A stretch of DNA of 64,000 nt, from the NCBI RefSeq assembly GCF_009914755.1, contig NC_060928.1, one strand, 5' to 3'. Shown in pieces: positions 14,522 to 26,814 of this stretch (its first letter is position 1; each line of letters starts with the position of its first letter). This DNA comes from the human T2T-CHM13v2.0 reference genome, Homo sapiens. The position numbers were made by a program, and so were the translations under genes. The notes beneath the pieces were generated by a model. That model was not told where the DNA came from. It was given only the letters and a program-made list of their open reading frames with translations, and searched no databases.

Positions 14522-14990
14522 TGAAGACAGTTCTGGAAAATTATCACCTATCATCCACTTGAGTTTTATCATATCTCCATTGTATTTTGTATAATTTCAA
14601 ATTATTTTTAATGTCTTTATTAACCCTTTCATATTTCATATCTCTTCCTCTGTGAGCTCTTCACTAGGTTTATTCTTCAACGTGATCTTTCAATTTCCTA
14701 CTTTTTCTACTATTACAGCAATTCCACTTCATTCTAAAGTTAGATCCATTTATAGATTTTTTTAAATTCAGTGATGAAAATATTTTAATTATGATTTTTT
14801 CAAATCTAAATACTGATGCTTTTTTTAAACAATTTTTTATTTCTAATGGTTTGTTTTATTTCATCTATCTCTGACAATCAAACATACAAATTCTATTTTA
14901 AAAATTGTTATATTATTGAATTTGGGGATAAATTAAGGATCTGAGTTCTTTTTAAAAATTATGTCCACTGCCTTTCTTAGCATTACTGTA

Positions 14991-15410
14991 CAGTGGATCC
15001 TTGAACAACACAGATTTGAAATGTTTGGTCTACTTATTTGCAGATGTTCTTCTGCCTCTGCTATCCCTGAGATAGCAAGATCAACCAGTTCTTCTCCTCC
15101 TCCTATTCAACATGAACTTGAGAATGAAACCTTTATGATCCATTTCCACTTAATGAACAGTAAATTTGTATTGTCTTCTTTATGATATACTTACTAACAT
15201 TTTCTTTTCTCTAGCTTACTTTATTTTAAGGATACAGTATATAATGTCTATAACATACAAAATATGTGTTTGACTGTTTAGGTTATCAGTAAGGCTTCTG
15301 GTCCACAGTAAGCTATTAGAGGTGAAGTTTTTGGGGATTCAAAAGTTATGTGTGGACTTTCAGTTGTGCAAGGGTCAAACCCCCTAACCCTTGTGTTGTT
15401 CGAGACTCAG
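14991..15410 (+). mobile_element. Tigger2a (MER28) non-autonomous DNA transposon
   Basis: TA flanks, TIRs cagtggatccttgaacaacac ... gtgttgttcgagactcag, internal ttttcttttctctagcttactttatt. Confidence 0.9.
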
Positions 15411-16349
15411 TAGCACTTGTATTGGAAATTTGCTGGGAAAGTTCATTTCATGAGTAAGCTTCAGTCTTTCCCATGTCTAAGCATTTATCTTCCATTTTTT
15501 TTTGTTCATCTTCTTTTGAAATGGGAGAGATTTTTATTTTTTTCTGCTTTTGTTCGTAATGTATTACTGTTATTTGTTCAAATAAAAGATAAGCACTTTC
15601 GAAGTGTGAATTTAGAATGCAATCTTGGCTAAAAGCATAAATATTTTTCGAATGTTTGGTTAAAGTATTATAAGGAGAGAAAGAAGAGTTGAAAATCCAA
15701 AGAGCTTTTTATTTTAAAATGTTTTCAGATAGTATTATTTTTCATTTTTAGGTATATGAATATTCTTTTCAACTTATGAAACTTTTCTGGATTTTTTAAA
15801 ATATACATTTCTTTACTATCATATCATGTGCATTATGATGTTAAAATGCCATGAAATTCTTGGCTCAGTTTTTTATAACATTTTATGCATATAATATTTT
15901 AAGGAAAATTCATGGAGATAATAAGTACATTTTGCTAAAAAATTCTTGAGAACTGCAGACTTTCCTTGGTTACTCCCCACAGAAGACATTTATGCTTGAA
16001 GGACACAGAACAAAGGTTTACGGGTTTCTTTTAGCTGTGAAGTAGTTGTCTGATTCTGTTAAATGCTGTAATCAACAGGAATTCTCTTTTGGCAGCAGTG
16101 CTGGCTCAGTAGTTACCAGCATTTGGAATCAATGATGAGCCACTAAAGAAAGATCCCTTATTTTATTCTTCTTTCCTTATTAGTTGGAAATTTGCATATA
16201 AAACTAAAACTTTACTTCAAGTCATAAATGGTCATTGTTTCTTAGTTAATGTATGAAACATTCTAAATAATTTCACTCCACTATAAAGTTATTTGAAAAA
16301 AAATACCATATTGGTATATAGAGCATTATCAGGTGTTCTTTTTTGTATA

Positions 16350-16689
16350 CAGTAGTCTCCCCTTATTGCAGTTTCGCTTTTTGTGGTATCAGTTATCCAC
16401 AGACAACCGAGGTATATTAAATGAAAAATTCCGGAAATAAACAATTTATAATTTTTAAATTGTGCACTGCTCTGGGTAACACGACAAAATGCTACTCCAT
16501 CCTTCTTTGTCATACCTGGGGCATGAATCATCCTTTTGCGCACTATGTGCACACTGTATACACTACTGGCCTGTTAGTCACTTAGTAGCAATTTCAGCTA
16601 TCACAGGGAAAAAATATAGTATATATAGGGTTTCAGGCAACCACTGGGCATCTTAGGATGTATATCCTTCAGAGAAGGGGGGACTACTA
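16350..16689 (+). mobile_element. MER44A (Tigger7-derived MITE)
   Basis: TA flanks, TIRs cagtagtctcccctt ... aaggggggactacta, internal tgaatcatcc and gttagtcacttagtag; about 340 bp. Confidence 0.9.
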
Positions 16690-17289
16690 TACCAAGCTAA
16701 TGAACACTAAAAATATTTAGTATATTATTTATAGATTTTATAGCCACATAGTGAAATCGTAATTTCCAAACAATTCTGCAGCATTGTAAGAAGAATATAG
16801 GAAATGTGAGAGAAACCAAGATCTTCAAGTAATTTAACTCCTGTGTTCTCATGTTTTACACTATGGTCTTTCTGACATAATTATTAATGCTTTTAATCTT
16901 TCTACTTGAATTGTGTAAAAAAGATTTGATTTTCTTAATCAGCTAGGGGAAAGAAAAACAAGTCTTTGCTTTTATCACACATGGGAAGTATTTACTGTTC
17001 AGCTTACTGATGTTGAGAGGTCGATTACTCAAAAGATTTAGCTTTAGTCAAATGCTCCCAGAACAAATACTCTTGCACATAAACATGCAAGAAAGGAAGA
17101 TACTTGATATTACATCAGTGACTCTTTCTCCCAATGATTTCTTCTTTACTACCACTTAAAAATAATTTACAGAATTTGAAAATCCACTACAAACTAATTA
17201 AAAGTTATAGTGAACTCACTATAAAAGTATAAAGTGAACTCACGATGAATGAAAGAACTTCTACAAGGAAGTCAAAAAAGCAAAAAAGG

Positions 17290-17357
17290 GATATATATAT
17301 ATATATATGCATATATATGGATATATATATGCATATATATGTATATATATGTGTGTG

Positions 17358-17395
<38 letters not shown>
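17290..17395. repeat. (TA)n/(TG)n compound microsatellite
   Basis: Directly visible. Confidence 0.95.
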
Positions 17396-17399
<4 letters not shown>

Positions 17400-18369
17400 C
17401 ACATACTCTGGCTGAATGAATAAAATTCAGGACAAGAATGACCAATTAGGAACATCTTTTAGTGGCAAACTAAAGTCACCCCACGTAGCTGACTTCAATG
17501 ATGCACTTAACAAATGGATTAATGGGCCTATGACACTCCCTTTCTGGGAAGGAAAAAAAAAAAGAATTTTACCAGGCATTCTGGGCTATTATTTGAAATA
17601 AAAGTAATTTTTGCTAGGCTTTAAAATAATCTATTTTTATGCATGGCTTTCTACATAAAGGGTTAATAAAGTTACATCTGTTTTAAACAGAGGACACTGA
17701 GCATCAGGCTTCAACATCTACTTTGATAACAAGAAAACACACAAGACTGAAAACCTCAAGAGCTACTGATTTCCTACCACAACTAGCTTCAATCAAAATG
17801 GCTGGTCTTTTTCATATGTTTTGGAGAACTTATTTTATTTAGCTAAAAGTCATTGCTACTGAAAGTCATTTTCAATTGCAATACTCATCATATTTTTTAA
17901 ACAGAAAAAAATCTGTAGTCAGAATGAATGTTCCTCAAATATCTAAAGCCATCCAAATAAAGCATTCACTTTGAGCCAGCGGCCCTCCCTGGGTGCTGAT
18001 GGTTGGTGGCCATCACTCTACTTTCCTCCACTTGTATAGCTCAAAGCAACAGAAAGGCAGGACTTCTGGGATTTTTCAGTGATGCCGTACAACATGGACA
18101 GAAGCTCCTCAAAAATAAGCGGAGTGTACCTTAAGTGTATTTCAATGCTCAGTGTCAAAATGTTTAAGCGTATTACTAAACTCAATGAATTATGATTACC
18201 TGGATATGTTGAAGTATCACATCTATGTTCTTTTTATTATTTAGTTAGTTTGTTTGTTTGGAATGTTGCTCAATGAGTGAAAAAGGAAAAGAGGATACGG
18301 GATTTTTTTTTTTAGTGGATAAGCTTGTGGGATTTATCTCTTCCTTTTACAATTCTATTTCTTACCCAT

Positions 18370-18525
18370 GGTACACATCACTTTTTATATATGTCCCCCA
18401 CCCCTACTGTGAATGTAAGCTTCATAAAGGCTTGTTTTGTTAATTGGTACATTTCCAGATCAAAATAATTGTTCACGGTACATAGCTAAAATTCAATAAG
18501 CAGTCATTGAGTCAAGGAGTGAGCA
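18370..18525 (+). mobile_element. L2 3'-end fragment
   Basis: gaatgtaagcttcataaaggc...ggtacatag...tcaataag...ttgagt. Confidence 0.5.
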
Positions 18526-18859
18526 ATGTTCCCAGATTTGGGGAGGGGTTAATACAATAGTTCAGGTGAGAGCTCATGAAAAATATCATCAGAAGCAGAG
18601 GCAAAGGTGAACAGTAAGAGCCCGACACACATTAGCAATTAGTAGCATCAGGTACCTATGATTCTTGATTTTGCCCATGGGTGACTTAATATCAATCTCA
18701 AAGAGAGATAAAATGTAATATATTCTACCTAACAAAAATTATCATGAAGTATATATACAAATATGATTTCTTTCAAAGGGTCTGTTTTTCATCAAGTATA
18801 TGAAGTCCTTTAAAATGATTCTAACATCTCAGATGCAAGCAACAAGAAGAAAGATATTT

Positions 18860-18952
18860 TAGATATATACATTTATATATTTGCATATTTATTATATATT
18901 ATATAAATGTATATATGAATATAGATGTATACATATATATATACACACACAC
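18860..18952. repeat. TA-rich low-complexity repeat
   Basis: Directly visible. Confidence 0.85.
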
Positions 18953-19734
18953 GTATTTGTAATTCCACCATTGTGACTCTTTAAAAATCTGATCCATGCT
19001 AACCTTAATAATCCAGGAGCCTACTACATGTTATTTTTCAGCAAATTCCGAAATTAAGTATAATTATCTTAAATGAATATCAAAAAGAATGAGGAATACA
19101 ATACATACCTCACCTCATTGATATTATTTGAGAAAGCTAATCTAGACTCAAAAACTGATTTGCTTGTCATTTTATTTTCCACTCTACAACCAGTGTTACT
19201 TTTCATTTTATTTGTTAAAACAGGAAATAATTATTTGACCTTGGTCAATTATTCCAGACCAGTGACTAAACACCTTTATTATTTTTATTTAATCAGAATG
19301 CTTTTAAAACACCCTTACTTTGGAATAAAAATATCAATTTCCATCAAACTTTGCAATAGATATTCTAAAATTATATGCAGAAGTAATAAGTAAATATTTA
19401 CTGCCATTTTACATAAGACATTAACTAGGCAATTTTAAGTAATCTAGTGTTTTTAGTAGAATATATTAGTAAATTATGTGCCACTGATCACAGTGAAAAA
19501 ACAGAGTATAGCAAATCAACACAAGTCATTTCCTGTAATCAGAGCTATTAAATACACATATAAGACTGCATAACTATTCGATAAATTAAGTGTTAGCATA
19601 CCAACAAAATCTGTATTCTTGTCTTCCTAATTTTTATAACAGTAGTTGTAAATAAATGAATAAGCAAAATTGTATACATAATCAAAATAGTATAATTTCA
19701 AATTCTCATAAAAATAGCTTCGAGTGCTCAAATA

Positions 19735-19836
19735 CGCATACATATACATATATACATATACATATACATATACACATATATACAAACACACCCACATACA
19801 TAGAGACATATATACGTACACATACATACATATATA
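19735..19836. repeat. (CATATA)n/(CATA)n microsatellite
   Basis: Directly visible. Confidence 0.9.
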
Positions 19837-20199
19837 GAAATAATTTTCCCTTACAAGTATTTCTGTCACCTCCAGTATACAGTATCAGAGATATTTCTCC
19901 TAAAAGGCTGAAGCCATCTAAGGATCTAAGGATTTCTCTTACATCCTGCCTGCCCAAGTATATTTGAAATAAATCTTCGGAGTCATACTCCAAAATCCTA
20001 AAATAAGGGCTGATGGAAATACTGATTCTGGACATTGATTTGTGAAGGAGTCATTGCACTATTGCCCTAAATGATCTCTAACATGCTCTATATAAGGTGT
20101 AAGATAATTAAAAGCAAATGATTTCATATTTTCTTTTTCTAAGCAAGGGGAGAATAAATATTTAAAATAGAACCAAATTCTTTTTATGTAGCTGTGCTA

Positions 20200-20333
20200 A
20201 TCCTGGTTCATTATTTTTTATGTTGCTGTACTGTATTCCATGGTATGAATGTGTTCTTTATTTATTGCCTCTAGTATTGATCAATATTTAGATTTTCTAG
20301 TATTTGAATATTACAAATAATGTTGCTATGAAC

Positions 20334-20379
<46 letters not shown>

Positions 20380-20960
20380 GTACATACATAACATACATAA
20401 ATGCATTCCTCTTGGGAAAATATCTTAGAGTAGAAATACTAGTATGTATGTGTAATATCTTAGAGCAGAAGATATTACTCTAAGATGTAATATCTTAGAG
20501 TAGAAAATAGAGTAGAGGTATTGGTATGTATATGTACACTTTTATAGAATATGTCAAATAGTGAGCCCAAGTGATTGTATCAATTTACATTCCCACCACC
20601 AGCACTCTAAGATGGATAGACTAGCTTTTCATTTCACCTGCACAAAATATTGTTTTTGTTTTTAACTGTATCCATTATCGAGATGGTATAGTAATATCTC
20701 ATTGTTTTATTTCGCATCTCCTTGTAGAATGATGAAAAAGATCACCTTGTCATTTGCCTCATGGCCATCATCTTTTCATATATATATAAATAAATAAATA
20801 TATACACACACACTGATTATATATACTGATTATATATATACTGATTTTATATATATACACAATGATTATATATATAATTTATATATATATAAAATTTATA
20901 TCTTGCCTACTTTCAAATGGGTTGCATCTTCTTCATTTGGAGCAGTTGTTTATATATTTT
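20200..20960 (-). mobile_element. L1ME-type 3' region, antisense; contains (TG)n at 20337-20377 and a TA-rich repeat at 20778-20900
   Basis: gtattccatggtatgaat, attacaaataatgttgctatgaaca, gattgtatcaatttacattcccacca. Confidence 0.75.
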
Positions 20961-20964
20961 GATG

Positions 20965-21570
20965 TACAGTTTTTGCTTTTAGGTTCATAGCAAAATTGCG
21001 TGAGAAGGTACAGAGATTTCTCATATACTCCCTGCCCCACACATGTACATCCTCCCTCATTATCCATCACTATCAATAATCCCCACCAGAATGATAAATT
21101 TGTTATAATTGATGAACCTACATTGACACATTATTATCACCCAGAGTTCATAGTTCATATTAGGGTTCACTCTTGTTATACATCCTATGGGTCTGGACAA
21201 ATTTATGATGACATACATCCACCATTATTATATCATACAGGTATTTTCACTCTCTAAAAATACTCTGTGCACTGACAACTCATCTGTTCTTTCCTTTAAC
21301 CCCTGGGCAATTACTGACCTTTTCATTATTTCCATAGTTTTGCCTTTTCTAGAATATCATATCATTGGAATCATTCAGTATGTAGCCTTTTACATTGGTT
21401 TCTTTTACTTAGAAATATACTTCTAAGTTCCCTCCATGTCTTTTCATCACTTGATAGCTAGCTCATTTCTATTTGGCATTAAATAACATTTCATTTTCTG
21501 AAGATACCACAGTGGATTTATTCATTCACTAACCGAAGGACATGTTAATTGCTTCCAAGTTTTGGAAATT
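20965..21570 (-). mobile_element. L1MC1-like 3' end, antisense
   Basis: tttaggttcatagcaaaattg...aaggtacagagatttc, aattgatgaacctacattgacacattattatcacccagag. Confidence 0.85.
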
Positions 21571-21884
21571 TGAATTTCTTTGCCATATATTTTCTTGAAT
21601 ATATTATTCACAGTTATTTCAGTGTCTGATCATTGTAATACTCAGATAATGTATGGGTCTTTTAATTATCTGGGTTTTCTCTTGGTCAATATTTGGTTTT
21701 TAATTAAATGAAATTTTTACTGAATGCTGAAACTTACGTATGAAATAACTTGTCCCCATCTTTCAATCTCTCATCTGTCCTCTTTTTGATTAAAGCTTTT
21801 TAGTTCTATTTTAATAATTAGTACACACTAATATTATATACTTATGACTATACCTTTCTTTTATGATTCTTCGAACCAAATAAT

Positions 21885-22570
21885 ATATTTTTTCAAGTGT
21901 TAAAATAGAACCAGAATTCTATATCCAGAGAAAATACTCTTTATGAAGGTGAAATTAAACATCTTCATGAAGAAAAATTGAGACAATTTGTTGCCAGTAA
22001 ACATGCCCTAAAAGAACTACTACAGGAAGTTTTTCACATAGAAGGAAATGACAGCTGAAACAATTAATGGAATATTCAGAAGGATAATACCAAGTGCTGG
22101 CTAGGATTTGCAGCAGCTGGAACTCTCACATACATTACTGATGGGAGTGCAAAATGGTACAGCTGTTCTGGAAAAAAAAAGGTTTGGGAATTTCTTATAA
22201 AGTTAAACATATGTTTACCATATAACTCAGCAATTTCACTCCTACATTATGTTTACAAAAAGACTTATGAATTTATTAATATATAAATATTTATATATTA
22301 ATAAATAAATATAATTATTTATAAATTGCAGGTCTATTTATAAGTGCCCCAAACTGGAAACAACTCATATATCCTTCAATAGGTGAATGGATAAACAAAC
22401 TCTGGCATATCTGCAAAATGAAATACTAATTAGAAATAAAAAGGAATGAAATTTTTCTTTTGATTCTGATGGTGATAGAGTTTAAACGATTTACAGATAA
22501 ATTAAAATTCATATAATTTTATACCAAAAGAAACACAAAGTCAATTTTTCTATTTTAATTTAAAAAAGAA
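21885..22570 (+). mobile_element. L1MD/L1ME relic: ORF1 C-terminal piece (about 21885-22050) abutting ORF2 C-terminus/3' UTR
   Basis: agaattctatatccag...gaaggtgaaattaaa...tgagacaatttgttgccag (ORF1), then ctggaactctca...gggagtgcaaaatggtacagc and ggtgaatggataaacaaact. Confidence 0.65.
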
Positions 22571-22884
22571 AACTTTAAAAATGTAAATGAATTTTACTTG
22601 TCTTAACGAACATCTTAGTTTCAAACAAATCATAGTCCTTTTCTTTATAGATGAAAAATTTCAAATTATAAATTATTTTATTACTGAAATTAAAGTCCAT
22701 TTAGTTCTTAACTAAAACTTGTATCTATGTCTAGACATACTTGAATGGTTTTAGCACTTGGTGAAACCAGTGATGTAAGAATTAAAAATTAAGAATAATT
22801 TTAATAGTCTCAATGAATATTTGATTTGTCTAGAATTGGTATTTCACTTGTCTTTGAAATTTGTGATTGTAAGTGATGTCGTAT

Positions 22885-23205
22885 ATTTACTGGACTGTAG
22901 GAGTAGAAATGGAGAACAGAGGTAAGTCAAGATATTCAAATATTTTTGGAGACAAATAACAAGGAATGTTTTCATTTGGGGATGCAGGAAGATGAAGGAG
23001 TTGAGGATAAAATATCAGATTAAACCCATTTGGATGTAAGGTGGTGCCATTTGCTGAGGTAGGAGATGTCGGTAGAGAGGCCATTTTGGATGTGTAAGTA
23101 AAGAGAATTCACCTTGGTACCTGCCAAGGATGAGATATTCCATTTTGGTGTTAAGTAGGAAGTTGGATAAGCATGTTTAGGACTTATCATGTGGACTAAA
23201 AACAA
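22885..23205 (-). mobile_element. L2 fragment, antisense
   Basis: Purine-rich L2-like tract with gtggtgccatttgctgaggtagga and ttttggatgtgtaagt. Confidence 0.6.
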
Positions 23206-23239
23206 GTGGTTTCCATCTCATTTGTTTTCGAATAAGATA

Positions 23240-23430
23240 AGATTCTTAGTCATATATTCCTTTAAATCTCAACTGTGCCACTGGGTAGCTGTGTAAACTA
23301 GATCAATTTACTTAGGCTCATGCACCACTATTTATCAAATATTATAATACAATAATATGATTAATGTTCCATAATTATTGGGAAATTATAATAAAATGAA
23401 ATATATAAATTATCATACAGTTAATATTGT
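23240..23430 (+). mobile_element. MIR fragment
   Basis: aaatctcaactgtgccactgggtagctgtgtaa...aatttactta. Confidence 0.4.
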
Positions 23431-25652
23431 ATCAATTATATATATTTTTTCCCTTTCCTTTGTGGAACATAAATTTTGTGGGTTGCAAACAAGTCTTTAT
23501 TTTCTTTGAATTAAACTCATTACCAATATCTAGGGGAAAGTATCTATAATATATTGCTCTATTTGAGATAAATTCCTCACTAAGTATAAAATATTTTTTC
23601 ATTGTAAATGTGTTGACCTTATGTGATACGTCACTGAAGATAGTGTGGTATATTCAGACTGCAATTTTACTCCTTATTGATTACATTTATTGGATAATTG
23701 ATAAGCAACTTGTTGCGTTTTGACTAGAAAATAAGATAAAATCTTCTTATTCAATTATGATAAGGAGAAAATATCCGTGTTTAAAAAATGCATTCAACTC
23801 TTATTCCTTGTGTTTGAATATAGGAATACTCAGGGAAATATCACTGAGATGCTAGAGGTCTACAATAAAAATTATCAAGACCAAACAGCTTGGCTTCTGC
23901 TACTGGAACTCATTTGTTGATGTCTAATTAAAAGAATCATTTACATTTGCTAATGCATGTGTTTAGCTTTTACTCAAATAATTATTGAACAAGCATGTGA
24001 TTTAATTTTAATCTCAATTCTCTAGTGGCTCACTTTTCATGGTTACTTAAATATTACCCTTCAAGATGAGTGTTATTAATGTGTATGGCACTTGTGCGTT
24101 GTCTTTTCATCATAATTTATTTTATTGGATTTTCCCCCATTCTCTTTTTCTCCTGTTTCCAGCATTTATTTTAGCACCCTAACTCTGGATGAGCTTGCAT
24201 TCTGGAAAGGAATGCATCAAATTCCAAAGAATCAAGCCTTATTTTTCCAAAAATTGGGTGAGCGCCCAGGAGACATTTAATGCTTCATAGTTTTATAGTT
24301 TAAGCAATAAAGGAGAGGAAACTAATCCCCTCCCCTTTCTCATGGCCTCCCTCTAAAGATAATTGAAACAGTTTCTGTGCTCTTGCTGATTTCTTTTGAC
24401 GCCCATGAACAATCTTGCTGAGGTGCATTTTTTTATTTCCTCTGCTATATCCATTATTGATTTTATTAATCTTCCAGGATGCAGCATGGATAGGATGTTA
24501 TACAATTATTAGGCCAAATTCTAAAATATTTAAATGAGAAGGTAATTGATAGCCAAGTATGGGAAGTATTCTTGTGAATATAAGTTTTTATCAGGATAAC
24601 ATAATTCTTACTTTTAAGTTATTTCATTTTTATTTGGATGTTGAAATTTTGTCTGAAGAATATCTAGAGCTGTCATTTTCAAACCACAAAATTCCATTTC
24701 CAAGGTCAAAAATCATCAGAAATATAGCAACATATTTTATTTCTATTATTTTTTAAATCTCAGTTTTTAAATTATTAAACATGGAAAATGATTCACTTTT
24801 TTGATTTTTATTGCCTTTTTTGGCTCAATCTGTATTTCTATGAAATTAATGATTCATTATATAGCAAAGTCTTAATAAAATTACTTATTTGGTCAAGGAA
24901 CGTGGCATGTATTAATAACTAGAACACCGGTAATGATTTTCACAGACTTTAGCTTGAGCTCTGCTACTACAACTTTTTCCCATTAATTTTATTTCACTCC
25001 ATGAAAGCTGGAAAATATGCAGTGAAAATCAAGATGCACAACTCCAAGATCCAAGTTAAGAAGGAGGAAAGAAAAAGTGTTTTAATTTCACTTTTATAAT
25101 GTTTTTGAATTTTTACTATTCTAGTTATCATGCTGATTCTATTTGTTTGTACTTAAAGCAAATAAATGGAAATTCTCAAATAATGATTTAAATATTCTCC
25201 CTTTAATTCATAAAAATAAAAGGCATAAGCCACTACATTTACAGTGGAAATTTTTAAAGGGCAAATCCAGACTATACGTTCTTTTACACCTTCTACATCT
25301 AACACTTCCTTTGAAATTTGATCACTACATCTGGAAAATATCTAAGAAGTCACCATATACAGTTTTATCAAATTGCTATATTCTTTTGTTGAGACATTTC
25401 CAAGTGCTGAAGAAATGAGAGATTAAATTAAATACAGTATTTAGGATTTTATGGTAGGAGAATAAATTATGGAATTTTAAAGACTTTAAATTACTTACAC
25501 ACTTTTTATCAGTTCTTTTATACAAATATGATGTGTGTTGATTGGGGGAAATCCTGAAGATTCAGGAGAGGATAAACAAGAGGAAATTATTGTTTCCCTA
25601 CCCACATATAAGTCTGTTTACATAATGATGTCCACATTTTAGCTCTTTATAT

Positions 25653-26610
25653 ATTCATTCAATCAACAACTATTTACTCATAACTGGCTGTAGGCAAACA
25701 CGATTCCAGACACCCAGCATCCTAATTGTAGTGGGAGGAACACTGAAAAGCTAAAGTAAGAACAACAGAATGTTTGGCATTAGAATGCAGTGGGAAGAAA
25801 AACAAAACAAGATAGCATAAAGCACAGCGGGAAAGGGCGAAGGACAAGTAATTCAATTGGGTGGTCAGGAAAGGAGGGAGGATATGTTGTTAAAAATAGA
25901 AGCTGAATAATAAGAAAAAGCCAGGCATAAGAGAAGAATTTCCAGGCAGTATGAGGAAAATAAAATGCAAACTCCTAATGTGGGAATAAACCTCAATGTA
26001 ATGGAAGAAAAAAACACAAGAAATGACAGAAATTCTGGGAAATACGGAGTAAGGGAGAGATTGATAATGAAGTGAAAATGAAAAAGTAGTCAAGGGCCAG
26101 ATTTGGCTATGGTTAGTTTAGGTTTTACTTTAACTTGAATTCAAAGTAATGAAAGCATTAAGTGTGCTGTAGTATGACATCCTTTTTTACAAAAGGTAAT
26201 TTCTGGGTAGACAGTGGAATGTGTTGGGCTGTGGAGTACAGGCAGAGAGTTGAAGGAGTGGAATGGAGTCGTATGCTTTAGTTCCCATAAGAGGAAGGTG
26301 GCTTGTGTTGGAAGAGTGGCAGCAAAGAAGAAGAGAAGGAGGGAAGATTCAGTATGTCTTGGAGTCTGACTCACAGGACTTGGAATAGGATAGATGGCAG
26401 GAAGGAGTAAGAAAAGAGGATGAAATCCAGAATGCCACCTAGATTTTAGAGTACGTAGTGGTACCATATACAGAGAAGGGATAAGATAGAAAAACAGTTA
26501 GGAGGGAAAGAACTCTGTCCAAAAGTTTCTTTCTTTAAAACATCTCATCAAAAGATGTTTGTTAGATATCCAAGTGGAAATATCAAATAGGCCTGTAAGT
26601 TTGGAGATAT
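25653..26610 (-). mobile_element. L2a, antisense
   Basis: Starts attcattcaatcaacaactatttact (reverse L2 tail); gggtggtcaggaaagg; ttagatatccaagtggaaatatcaaatagg. Confidence 0.8.
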
Positions 26611-26810
26611 GTCTATGCGTGTGCGTGCGTGCGTGTGTGTATATGTACATATATATATATGTCTATGTGGGTGTGTATATCTATATATATATACACACAT
26701 ATATGTCCGTGTGTGTGTATATATATACACATATATATGTCTATGTGTGTGTGTGTCTATATACACACACACACACTCACAGACGTAAATGTATACAACA
26801 TATATGTATA
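26611..26810. repeat. Compound (TG)/(TA)/(CA) repeat with higher-order units
   Basis: Recurring acatatatatgtc(t/c)(a/g)tgtgtgtgtg...tatatatac units. Confidence 0.9.
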
Positions 26811-26814
26811 CAAA

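Noticed and set aside
15960-16160. Exon-like segment on either strand
   Set aside because: Weak donors (GTAAAC, GTTTAC) and stops in all three minus-strand frames
17970-18129. GC-richer segment resembling a minus-strand exon (YTPLIFEELLSMLYG...)
   Set aside because: Poor polypyrimidine tract, weak donor, in-frame stop, and no recognisable homology
20419-20520. Short repeats with spacers superficially like a CRISPR array
   Set aside because: Primate LINE context, only three irregular copies, spacers are local self-copies, no cas genes
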